Source: Patescibacteria group bacterium (lineage in GTDB: Bacteria > Patescibacteriota > Patescibacteriia > SBBC01 > CAIJZX01). Taken from it: a stretch of DNA of 64,000 nt. Both the position numbers and the translations under genes were made by a program. A model generated the notes under the pieces. The model saw nothing but the letters and a program-made list of their open reading frames with translations, did no database searches and was not told where the DNA came from. The stretch spans positions 103,195 to 167,194 of the forward strand of contig JBBTRH010000005.1 of the NCBI GenBank assembly GCA_038065275.1, in the 5' to 3' direction. Positions 26,236 through 35,096 of this stretch are shown here, piece by piece; position 1 is the stretch's first letter, and every line of letters starts with the position of its first letter.

Positions 26236-28395
26236 ATGTCCCTCACTACCCCGATTGCGAAACTGCCGCGCATGCAGTCGGCGATCGCCGGGAAATTCGC
26301 GCAACTCGGGTTATTGACGCTCCGCGACGCGTTGTTCTATTTCCCGTTCCGGCATGAAGATTGGCGGCAACGGTCGACCATCAACGCGTTAGCGGTCGGA
26401 CAGGAAGTGACGGTGGCCGGGATCGTCGCGACCGTCAAATCGCGGCGGGCTTGGCACCGGCGCGGAACGACGATTACCGATGTGACCATGACCGACGACC
26501 GCCCTGAACCATCCGGTCCGGGGCGGAGCGTCGCCAAGTTGCACGTCGTCTGGTTTAATCTGCCGTTCCTGGGAACTAGCCTGAAACCGGGCGATCGACT
26601 CTACGTATCGGGGACCGTGATCACCGCCAAGGACGGCCGGCTGCAGATGAACAATCCGGTTTACGAACGGCCCAGTGACGACCCGCTCCATCAGCGGTTG
26701 GTGCCGGTCTACCGCACGACTGACGGTTTATCGCAACGGCAGTTGCGGCTGGCGGTTAAACAGGCCGTCAGTTTGGCTAATGTCGTTCCGGACCCCCTGC
26801 CCGCCGCCGCGCTCTCGGAGCTTCCGGCGGAGCCAGGCGTAGCCTGGCAGGCCGGACCCAGCCTGCCCGGCTCTGCCGGGGCTTCGCCGGGCAACCTGCT
26901 CCCGTTGCCGGAGGCGCTAACACAGATTCATTTTCCCGATACCCCGGACCTCGCTCACCGCGCCGTGGAACGGCTGAAGTTCGACGAGCTGTTGTCATGG
27001 CATCTGCGGATGGTGGCGGCGAACAACGCTATCGGTCGGCATCAGGCGCCGGTCATCCCCTTCCACGAAACCGAAATCCGCTCGTTCGTCCAGCACCTCC
27101 CATATGCCTTAACCGATGACCAGCGGGTCGCCGCTTGGCAGGTGCTCCAGGACTTAGCCCAGCCCCGGCCGATGTCCCGTCTGGTGCAAGGAGACGTTGG
27201 TTCGGGGAAAACCGTCGTGGCCGCCCTGGTCGCCTACAACGCCGCCTTGAGCCACTTGCAGGTGGCGCTGGTGGCGCCGACCGTGGTCTTAGCTGAACAA
27301 CACCGGCAGACGTTCATCAGCATGCTCGGCAAACACGCCACGCGGCTGGCGCTGTTGACCGGACAAACGGCCACTATTTTTTCCGCCGGTACGGCCACGG
27401 ACGTTTCCCCCCGGGAGTTACGCGAGTCCCTGGCCCGCGGCACCGTCGATATCATCATCGGCACTCACGCCGTGCTCCAACCGGACGTAGTCTTCCATCG
27501 CTTGGGCTTGGTCATCGTCGACGAACAGCAACGTTTCGGCGTTGACCAGCGGCAAGCCTTACTGGCCGGCCGCGACGAGACGCCGCACTTTCTCAGCCTG
27601 ACCGCCACGCCCATCCCCCGCAGTTTTGCGCTGTGGCTGAGCGGCATCCTGTCGATCAGCACCATCGCCACTAAACCGCCCGGCCGGGCGCCGATCGTCT
27701 CCGCGGTGATTGGGCCGCCGGAACGAACTGCGGTTGATCGAACGATCGCCGCCACCGTCGCCCGCGGCGAACAGGTCTACGTCATCACACCGTTGATTGA
27801 GGAATCCGACAGTCTCGGCGTGCGAGCCGCGACCGGCGAACACCAACGGTTAACTGCGGTCCTGCCGCGCGCCCGCGTCGGCCTGCTCCACGGCGCCATG
27901 CCGGCGGACGACCGCCTGGCCGAATTGGAACGCTTCCGGCGCCGCGAGCTTGACGTGCTCGTCAGCACCACCGTCATCGAAGTCGGCGTTGATGTGCCGA
28001 ATGCCACGCTGATGGTGATCGAGGGCGCCGAACGGTTCGGCCTGGCCCAGCTCCACCAGCTTCGCGGCCGGGTTGGCCGTGGGACGGCGCCCAGCCGCTG
28101 TTTGTTCGTCACTGATCGCGACGCGCCCGAAGTCCGCCGACGGCTGGAGCGCGTAGCCACGATGACAGACGGTTTTGCCGTCGCCGAGCTCGACTGGCAG
28201 GAGCGCGGCGGCGGCGACCTGTACGGTCAGCGGCAGTCCGGCTTACCGGCTTGGCGGTTGGCTAGCTTGAATGACCGCCGGCTGTTCGAACGCGTCCGCG
28301 CTTATGTCAGCCGCCTGTCGGCTGAAGAGATGACGCAACTCGAACACGCCCTGGGCGAAGACGAACCAGCCACGGGCGCGTGGCATCCGGAGTAG
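26236..28395 (+). CDS. recG: ATP-dependent DNA helicase RecG
   Basis: RLKFDE, QGDVGSGKT, DEQQRFG, TATPIPR, AERFGLAQLHQLRGRVGRG. The true start is ATG 26236, after the tRNA. Confidence 0.95.
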   Translation: MSLTTPIAKLPRMQSAIAGKFAQLGLLTLRDALFYFPFRHEDWRQRSTINALAVGQEVTVAGIVATVKSRRAWHRRGTTITDVTMTDDRPEPSGPGRSVAKLHVVWFNLPFLGTSLKPGDRLYVSGTVITAKDGRLQMNNPVYERPSDDPLHQRLVPVYRTTDGLSQRQLRLAVKQAVSLANVVPDPLPAAALSELPAEPGVAWQAGPSLPGSAGASPGNLLPLPEALTQIHFPDTPDLAHRAVERLKFDELLSWHLRMVAANNAIGRHQAPVIPFHETEIRSFVQHLPYALTDDQRVAAWQVLQDLAQPRPMSRLVQGDVGSGKTVVAALVAYNAALSHLQVALVAPTVVLAEQHRQTFISMLGKHATRLALLTGQTATIFSAGTATDVSPRELRESLARGTVDIIIGTHAVLQPDVVFHRLGLVIVDEQQRFGVDQRQALLAGRDETPHFLSLTATPIPRSFALWLSGILSISTIATKPPGRAPIVSAVIGPPERTAVDRTIAATVARGEQVYVITPLIEESDSLGVRAATGEHQRLTAVLPRARVGLLHGAMPADDRLAELERFRRRELDVLVSTTVIEVGVDVPNATLMVIEGAERFGLAQLHQLRGRVGRGTAPSRCLFVTDRDAPEVRRRLERVATMTDGFAVAELDWQERGGGDLYGQRQSGLPAWRLASLNDRRLFERVRAYVSRLSAEEMTQLEHALGEDEPATGAWHPE

Positions 28396-28397
28396 GA

Positions 28398-29942
28398 TCA
28401 CCGGCCGTTGGCGCAGGCCGTAGCGTAGGCCTGTTTGAACTCAGCCATATAATTCTTTGCGTTCGCCCGGATCTGCTCAACTTTTGATCGGTCTTTGAGG
28501 AACGTAGTTGAGCAGAAACTGTCTGATGCGCCGCCGAGACCCTGGTTGTACGCCGCGGCCGCCAGTAGAAGGTTCTTTTGGACGCAACTTTGATTAAGAA
28601 GTTGCTGGCCGTAGTAATCGGAGATCATCTGCACCTGGGCTTGCATCCCGGAAATTCCCGTACCCATTTTTCCGGCCGTTCGTTTATCCAGCCAGGCTTT
28701 GCACGACTGGCTGATATGCTTTCCGTCGCAATCATACACCTCTTCGTGGGTGCATGTAGCTGGATCGGTGACGGTGGCGGTCCGACATCCCGGAGGCAAC
28801 CCGCCTGGATTGACTTTTTTTAACACCTCAACTAAAGTCGAAACTTTAAATTGTCCGAGTCCATATCCCGGCCCGGGCTGACCGTTGTCGGTCTTCCCCT
28901 CCGGGCCGGAGAATGGTTGTCCCTGCGTCGTTTTCGGACTCTCAATGGCAATGATTGCCTTGATGGCAAAAGCATCGAGATCTTTGTCCTTGCGCGCTAC
29001 GTACTGGATCACTGCGTTCAGATCGATGCATCCATAGTCAACGGCGCCGTTCTCTCCAGCTCCCGCAGTCGGACCGCTACAAGCTTTACTCGGTTCACCG
29101 GCAACTAGTTTTTTCGTGCAACGCGGTAGTTCACCGACTGAGGTGAGTAAATTATTAAGGTAGCTGGCTAATTCCTTGTCAATATAGCTCAACCCAATGC
29201 CGCGGAAGCTGGTTAGTCGCGGATTGATGGTGTTCAGCAGGACGACGGATACTAGGGCGATCAGCACGCCGATGATGGCGTCGTTGATGATCCCGCGCGC
29301 GTCGTTAATCCGGCCCGGATTTCCCGCCGCCGCGACCCATTTGATCCCGCCGTAGACGACCATCACCGTCGCCAGGATCCCGACCGCCCAGACGAAAGCG
29401 ACGAAAATAACCCTGATGTACTCGGCGATGGTGGTGTCGGAAATGTTCCACACCCCCTCTAAAAGTCCGGGGATAGTCAACTCGGGCTTGAAGGTCAGCG
29501 CGTCGGACGCCGCCGAGGCGGCCGGCGGTGTGGTAGGCTGGGTCGTCGGCGCGGTGGCTGGACAGGTTCCGCCGATGGTAAAAAAATAGCCGGCGTTCCG
29601 ACGTTCGTCCGTTTCACATTGAGCGCGGCTGGCCGCAAAACAACTATACGACGGACTGTATGTGACGCAGCGTCCAGTTTCTCCTTGCCGCCGCCACTCA
29701 ACGCATGTTCCGGCGAAGAACTTCCCCGCCGCGTACACGTCAATTCCGCCCCAGGCCTGCTTACAGGCATCAAAGGTCAGATCAACGCAGTCCGGACTGC
29801 CGACGTAGCCCGGCGGATTCAGACAGGCGCCCGTGACGCTTTGGGCCTGCACCTCGCGCGGCGGACGGAATCCGCCGGCGGCGACGGACAGGCCCGCCGT
29901 CACGGCTAGGACCAAACAGACAACCCGCGGGTAACGTGGCAT
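28398..29942 (-). CDS. VirB2/TrbC-type T4SS pilin domain fused to a lytic-transglycosylase-like domain
   Basis: Pilin motif M.VYGG.KW..AAGNP...AR..I.DAIIG...L.S..LL..INP. The C-terminus has AIIAIES...GLGQF...AAAAYNQG. Confidence 0.75.
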   Translation of the reverse strand: MPRYPRVVCLVLAVTAGLSVAAGGFRPPREVQAQSVTGACLNPPGYVGSPDCVDLTFDACKQAWGGIDVYAAGKFFAGTCVEWRRQGETGRCVTYSPSYSCFAASRAQCETDERRNAGYFFTIGGTCPATAPTTQPTTPPAASAASDALTFKPELTIPGLLEGVWNISDTTIAEYIRVIFVAFVWAVGILATVMVVYGGIKWVAAAGNPGRINDARGIINDAIIGVLIALVSVVLLNTINPRLTSFRGIGLSYIDKELASYLNNLLTSVGELPRCTKKLVAGEPSKACSGPTAGAGENGAVDYGCIDLNAVIQYVARKDKDLDAFAIKAIIAIESPKTTQGQPFSGPEGKTDNGQPGPGYGLGQFKVSTLVEVLKKVNPGGLPPGCRTATVTDPATCTHEEVYDCDGKHISQSCKAWLDKRTAGKMGTGISGMQAQVQMISDYYGQQLLNQSCVQKNLLLAAAAYNQGLGGASDSFCSTTFLKDRSKVEQIRANAKNYMAEFKQAYATACANGR

Positions 29943-29945
29943 GCC

Positions 29946-31196
29946 TTAGCGCAGTTGAACGCGCTGAATTGTGCCGGTGGCGGCGTCGGTGAAGAACAAA
30001 CTGCTCTCGTCGGCGGCCACTCGCAGGTTGGCGGCGCTGAAACGCTGGTTCTTATTCTGGTCAACCGGCCGGGCGACCAGCCCGACCGTGCCGGTGCGGA
30101 GATCGACTCGATAAATGTTGTCCGGGATGCCCCGCGAGAGTTCCGGCTGGGGTCCCGAGCCGGGATTGTAATAGTACGGCACCGCGCAATAAACCGACGA
30201 CCCGCTCGAGGCGAAAGCGCACTTGTCGGCGCTGGTGTCGAGGCCGAGGTCGAGGGAGTTCGTCCCTAAGCTTTCCGGCGAGCCGTTCATCAGATACAGG
30301 TGCGGATTGTCGTTGGTCAGCGGACTGTAGGCGCTGTACAGCAGTTTGCGGCCGTCCGGCGACCAGGCGGGAGTGAACCCGCGACCGGCGACGTTGACCG
30401 AGGGAAAGTTCTCGTTGTTGGCGCCCAAGAAAATGATTTCCTGCTGGTCGCCGCTGGTCGACTTGGCGTAGCTGGCGATAATCTGGTTGTTCGGCGACCA
30501 GGCGACCGTCACTTTATCGGCGTTCCCGCCGAGATGCTCGGCCGTCTGCGACTGCGTGCCGTCCGGCTTGCTGACCACCAGCCACTGGTTTTCTTCATCG
30601 CGCGGGTCGAGGTACTTGGCGGCGATCTGGTCGGACTGCGGCGAGAACGAAAAGTTGTTCAATTCCGACGGCAGGGTGGTCTGCTTCTTGGCGGTGAAAT
30701 CGTAGAGGACTTTCGATCCGTCCGGAAAACCGAGAATGGCCTGGTTGCCGTTCGGCGCCCAGTCGACCGACCGGACATCGGGATAGGGGTCGGTCGTCAG
30801 CGGCGTTTTTGTCGACCCGTCCGGGCTGATCTTGTAGAACAATCCCGAGGCGCGGTCATAAAACTGGAGGTCGCCGTTGTCCGGGTTGACCGCCAGCCCC
30901 CCGGCCGGACCGGTCGTCACCGGACTGGCGAAGGTGGCGCCGCCGTTGGCCACATTGCTCGGTTCGGATATCGGCGCGTTCACGGCCGGCAGAGCGTTGA
31001 CGTTCCGCGCCGGCCGGACGCGGTTGGCGTTGCCATTCTGTGGGCTGGGCAGGCCGTTGGTGATGCCGCCGGGGCGGTTGGTGGTTACCGGCGTGCCGCC
31101 CGGCCGGAAAAAGACGTACCAAATCAGGAAAAAGAATCCAACCACAACCAGGGCGAAGGCGGTGATGAAGAGAGATTTTTTTAGGCGATCGTTCAT
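29946..31196 (-). CDS. Membrane-anchored TolB-like beta-propeller protein
   Basis: N-terminal TM; repeated WAPNG, FSPQS, WSPNN, WSPDG. Confidence 0.8.
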   Translation of the reverse strand: MNDRLKKSLFITAFALVVVGFFFLIWYVFFRPGGTPVTTNRPGGITNGLPSPQNGNANRVRPARNVNALPAVNAPISEPSNVANGGATFASPVTTGPAGGLAVNPDNGDLQFYDRASGLFYKISPDGSTKTPLTTDPYPDVRSVDWAPNGNQAILGFPDGSKVLYDFTAKKQTTLPSELNNFSFSPQSDQIAAKYLDPRDEENQWLVVSKPDGTQSQTAEHLGGNADKVTVAWSPNNQIIASYAKSTSGDQQEIIFLGANNENFPSVNVAGRGFTPAWSPDGRKLLYSAYSPLTNDNPHLYLMNGSPESLGTNSLDLGLDTSADKCAFASSGSSVYCAVPYYYNPGSGPQPELSRGIPDNIYRVDLRTGTVGLVARPVDQNKNQRFSAANLRVAADESSLFFTDAATGTIQRVQLR

Positions 31197-31204
31197 TGGA
31201 GAAT

Positions 31205-32257
31205 TCAATAAATCTTCTCGTGCGGACAAGTTTTACCCGGACAGCAAATATTGGGTATAAAATCTATTCCAGTTTGGGACTTTTCCGGTTTGGTTTTCGG
31301 GCCAACCAGGTAGCACTGGGGGTCAACATTTTCACCTGCCGATATATAACTACCAGCACACCACGGCCAGACTCCATCACGAGCTGGTGCAATGACACCG
31401 CAGTATCCCCGTAGCTGAGCCACGAACCAAAAATTAGTAGCTTGACTAACTTCCCATGTTCCACCTTCTTCCTTGGCTAAGACGTCCGTACACCCTTGAT
31501 GCGGTTTATAGTTGTTTTTTGAATCCATCTTAAGGGAACAAATATTTGTGTGTTCAGCGAAACCCGCGGCACCGCCCCGCGAACATGTCGTGCCCATGCA
31601 ATAATCGTCAACTTCCTTATCTTTACCGTCAACCTTTACTTTTACCGTACCGATTTTTTTCACCTCACCGCAGGTTATTCTTGGTTCGCTGGGGCAGATT
31701 ACCAGGGCGCGGACACCTTCGAAGTATTTTACCGAAATGGACGTTAGCCCTGGGATAGCTAACTGCGTAAGTTTCGGGTTGATAATGTTCAACAGCACGA
31801 CCGACACCAAAGCGATCAGCACCCCGATGACCGCGTTGTCAATAATGTCTCGCGCCTCTTTGATCTGACCGGGATTGCCGGCGGCGGACACCCAACGTAT
31901 CCCGCCGTACATGACCATCACCACCGCCACGATGCCGACCACCCAGACGAAGTAGATGTAGATCGCCCGGATGTAACGCGTCAGCAGGGTGTCGTCGGCG
32001 TTCTGCTCGCCGGTGAATACGACCGGGATGGGAATTTCCGGCGTGAACTTTTCGGATTTATCCGCCGCGGCCGGTTCCGCCGCGGCCGCACTGGGTTTGC
32101 TTTGGGCTTGCACCTCGCGCGGCGAACGGAATCCGAAGATGGCGACGGACAGGCCTGCCAGCATGGTCAGAAACACCGCTAGAGTGATGGCCGCGTTTCT
32201 TACGTGCGGAGCAGTCATCCGAGGCAAGCGTTGATCATGACGGTAGATGGTGGGCAT
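31205..32257 (-). CDS. VirB2/TrbC-type T4SS pilin with Cys-rich C-terminal extension
   Basis: YGGIRWVSAAGNP...ARDIIDNAVIG...INP. Its leader is paralogous to that of the 28398-29942 gene. Confidence 0.75.
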   Translation of the reverse strand: MPTIYRHDQRLPRMTAPHVRNAAITLAVFLTMLAGLSVAIFGFRSPREVQAQSKPSAAAAEPAAADKSEKFTPEIPIPVVFTGEQNADDTLLTRYIRAIYIYFVWVVGIVAVVMVMYGGIRWVSAAGNPGQIKEARDIIDNAVIGVLIALVSVVLLNIINPKLTQLAIPGLTSISVKYFEGVRALVICPSEPRITCGEVKKIGTVKVKVDGKDKEVDDYCMGTTCSRGGAAGFAEHTNICSLKMDSKNNYKPHQGCTDVLAKEEGGTWEVSQATNFWFVAQLRGYCGVIAPARDGVWPWCAGSYISAGENVDPQCYLVGPKTKPEKSQTGIDFIPNICCPGKTCPHEKIY

Positions 32258-32273
32258 GGTCGGTACGAGAAGT

Positions 32274-34526
32274 TTACTGGCCGGTGAAGAAATTGACAAT
32301 AGCTCCGATCGTCTTCAGTCCGAGTTTAGCGGCTTCAACGGGATTGGCGATAAGCCAAAGAAAGACAAAAATGAAGCCGTAAATGACTCCGGTCCAGGCG
32401 GCGACAATCATGAATTTCATGTGCCGCACGTAGTCGATCGGGTCGCTGATGCTGTAGCCGGGGATGAGTTGGACCGATACGCTCGTGTCCGGTTGATTGG
32501 CGGCGCTGTCCGGAGGCGGACGGGCGGTGATTTCTTTCGTGAACATATTGCCCATCATGTTTCCGCCCATCCACCGCAGGAGGTAGAGGCCGACGACCAC
32601 CGGACCGGAGAAAAGAAACAGGTCGGTCATGGACAGGGCTTGATCCTCGGCCACTTCTTGAGCGATTTGCCAGCCCCGTTTGTAGATTTTTTCGAGTCGT
32701 TCTTTTTCCGACTCATACTGCACCGGAATCTGCTTCGCCTTCTGCCCCGCTTGGATCGCCTGCCGCTGGCGGGCGCGGTCGGCCGCTTCAAATTGCGCCC
32801 GCCGCTGGGCGGCGAGTTTCTGCGACCGGAGTTCCTGGGCCATCATCTCCGGTGATTGTCCTTCCGCGTCTCCGGCCGCCTCCGGCGCGGTAGTGTCTTG
32901 AAATTCCGACGACTCTTCGGCGCTCGGCGCGGTGCGCTCCGTCGGGGTGGCGGCCGGAGTCGGGGCCGGCGCGGTGAACGGTTGATATTCTTCATCGACT
33001 CCCTCGAGCCGGCCGCCGCCGACCATTTCAGGCGGTCGAGGTTGGTCAGTCGGCACCGGTTGTTGTGCAATTGGTGTCGGAACCTTGGCTTCCGCCGCTG
33101 GAGCTTCCGGACTTGGGGTTTGGACGGGAAGTGTACTGCTAACTGGCACTCCTTCGACCGTGGCTTCAAACTCGGGCGGCGCGGCCGGCACGCTCGGCCG
33201 GTAGGCTTGGTGGTCGGGGTGTGACGGCGGGGGCGCGGACGGCGGCGGTGACGTCGTCTGGGCCGGTTGGCCGATTTGATCTGCCGGTAATCCCGGCGGC
33301 CCGGATGGCGCAGGTTCAGCGCCGCCGGCTATCGGTTCGACGCGCCTGGGAGAAATTGCCGGGTGAACACCGGTCTGGGCGAAAGCGGGCGATGGGGTCT
33401 GGTCAACCGGAGTCGTAGCTGGCGCCGGCCCACTGCCTCGAGGCGTCGCCCGCCGCGGACGTCGTCCATAACGCGGTGACGCTGATGGTGTTGCCACTGG
33501 CTGGCCGGTGGTGGGCGTCGGTTCGGACACTCCCGTCGGAGTAGCGCCGGTTGGAGATGGCCCTCCCTCCTCCTCTCGCCCCTCGCGCCGTCGCCAAAGC
33601 GGCTTTGGCGCGTCGGCGACCTCGGGCAGGAGGGGTGTAATACCTCGCCCATCTTCTGGCGGGGGGGGTGTGATGCCTTGCCCCTTTTCTGGCGGGGGGA
33701 GCGTGACGGGTGACTGTGGTGTACTTTCTTGTATTCCTGGAACCAGTAGCACTGTAGCCGGAGCCGCGCCGGCCGTGTCGGCTGAGACGTCGATACTGGG
33801 AACCTCGGCATTGATTCCTGGCGGAGTTTCTCCGACATCGGGTATTGTCACCGTCGGCGGAATCGAGGGCGGTACCGGACTGACCGGCGGAACTTCACTG
33901 CGCGGTTGAACCGGCAGTGTTGGAGTCACCGCGGTTGGCCCGGCGGACGATGCGGCCGGCGGTCCAATCGGCGGTGTAGAAACTCGCGGCGGGATTGGCG
34001 GAGCTGACACTCGGGCCGCTGGCGGCGCAGTATCGGTCACCGGCGGCGTGACTAAACGCTCAACCGCTTCCACGGCTTCGAGATGCCGATCCATCAACCG
34101 GTGCTGTTCGTTGGCCGGCAGATGCAACGATCTCGTCAGGTCACTGCTGGGGATGACCGGATCGAGCGCGACGACGCTGTGGCCGCTTGGTTCAAGGCGG
34201 CCGCGGTACACCCGGCCATTGCGCTTGACGTAGATCGGCCGGCCGCTCGAGCGCGCGGCGGCCAGCAGGCGCGCCGTGGCGATGCCGGTGTCATTGACAA
34301 TCCGGCCGTCGTTATCGAGCGTCACAAAATAGCCGGACACGATGTCCGGTTCATCGCCCCGGCCGGGAGCGACGACCACGCCGATATCCGTCTCGCCGAT
34401 GGCCGGATTCGGCTCGTCAGGCGGCGCGGTGGCGGGCTTGTCAGTGCGCTTGCCGCGCACCGCGGCTGAATCGTTTACCGCGGAGTCGGTTGTTTGGTCG
34501 AGTTCATCATCGACAACGGTGGCCAT
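32274..34526 (-). CDS. Pro-rich disordered protein with C-terminal TM helices
   Basis: Long P/T/A-rich stretch and hydrophobic C-terminal segments; within the T4SS-like operon. Confidence 0.7.
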   Translation of the reverse strand: MATVVDDELDQTTDSAVNDSAAVRGKRTDKPATAPPDEPNPAIGETDIGVVVAPGRGDEPDIVSGYFVTLDNDGRIVNDTGIATARLLAAARSSGRPIYVKRNGRVYRGRLEPSGHSVVALDPVIPSSDLTRSLHLPANEQHRLMDRHLEAVEAVERLVTPPVTDTAPPAARVSAPPIPPRVSTPPIGPPAASSAGPTAVTPTLPVQPRSEVPPVSPVPPSIPPTVTIPDVGETPPGINAEVPSIDVSADTAGAAPATVLLVPGIQESTPQSPVTLPPPEKGQGITPPPPEDGRGITPLLPEVADAPKPLWRRREGREEEGGPSPTGATPTGVSEPTPTTGQPVATPSASPRYGRRPRRATPRGSGPAPATTPVDQTPSPAFAQTGVHPAISPRRVEPIAGGAEPAPSGPPGLPADQIGQPAQTTSPPPSAPPPSHPDHQAYRPSVPAAPPEFEATVEGVPVSSTLPVQTPSPEAPAAEAKVPTPIAQQPVPTDQPRPPEMVGGGRLEGVDEEYQPFTAPAPTPAATPTERTAPSAEESSEFQDTTAPEAAGDAEGQSPEMMAQELRSQKLAAQRRAQFEAADRARQRQAIQAGQKAKQIPVQYESEKERLEKIYKRGWQIAQEVAEDQALSMTDLFLFSGPVVVGLYLLRWMGGNMMGNMFTKEITARPPPDSAANQPDTSVSVQLIPGYSISDPIDYVRHMKFMIVAAWTGVIYGFIFVFLWLIANPVEAAKLGLKTIGAIVNFFTGQ

Positions 34527-34535
34527 AGGAAACCC

Positions 34536-35093
34536 CTATTTCCACACCGCCGCGCTGACTTTCCAATCGGCCCCAACTTTGACCAGGTCTATTAATAAGT
34601 CTTTGGTTTGGACGGTCGCGGCCGTCCCGACCGTGACCGTTTGCTGGGTGGCCACGACCACCGACGCGGCCGCGGTTGTTTGCTTCAGCACGTTGAACAC
34701 CAGCGCCCGGGTGACGGTGCCGTGGTACTCCTTCGGCGGCGGGGCTGATCGCGCCTGGGCTATCTGCGCGCCGAGGAAATCGCCGTAGGCGGCGGTGGCG
34801 TACGCTTGGGCGTCAGTCAGATTGCGACCGCCGTTCTGATTCGATCCACTGCCGTACCGTTCGGTGAAGTTCCGCGCCACGTAGATTATGGCTTGACGAT
34901 CCGGGGTATAGGGCGAGCGGTTGGCGTTGGCGGGCGCGTCGGTCGGGCGATTGGTGACCGGCGGCGCGGTATTAGTCACCCGGTAGACGGCGTTCTGGAG
35001 ACGCGGGCTCCGGGTGACGCTGAGGATGATAACCAGGGCCAGGCCGATCATGACGACCAGGGCCGAGGCGAAAAAGATGATCCGGCGTCCCAT
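34536..35093 (-). CDS. Membrane-anchored protein, possible VirB8/TcpC-like fold
   Basis: TM helix, ARNFTERYGS.SNQ, C-terminal LVKVGADWKV. Confidence 0.55.
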   Translation of the reverse strand: MGRRIIFFASALVVMIGLALVIILSVTRSPRLQNAVYRVTNTAPPVTNRPTDAPANANRSPYTPDRQAIIYVARNFTERYGSGSNQNGGRNLTDAQAYATAAYGDFLGAQIAQARSAPPPKEYHGTVTRALVFNVLKQTTAAASVVVATQQTVTVGTAATVQTKDLLIDLVKVGADWKVSAAVWK

Positions 35094-35096
35094 CGG

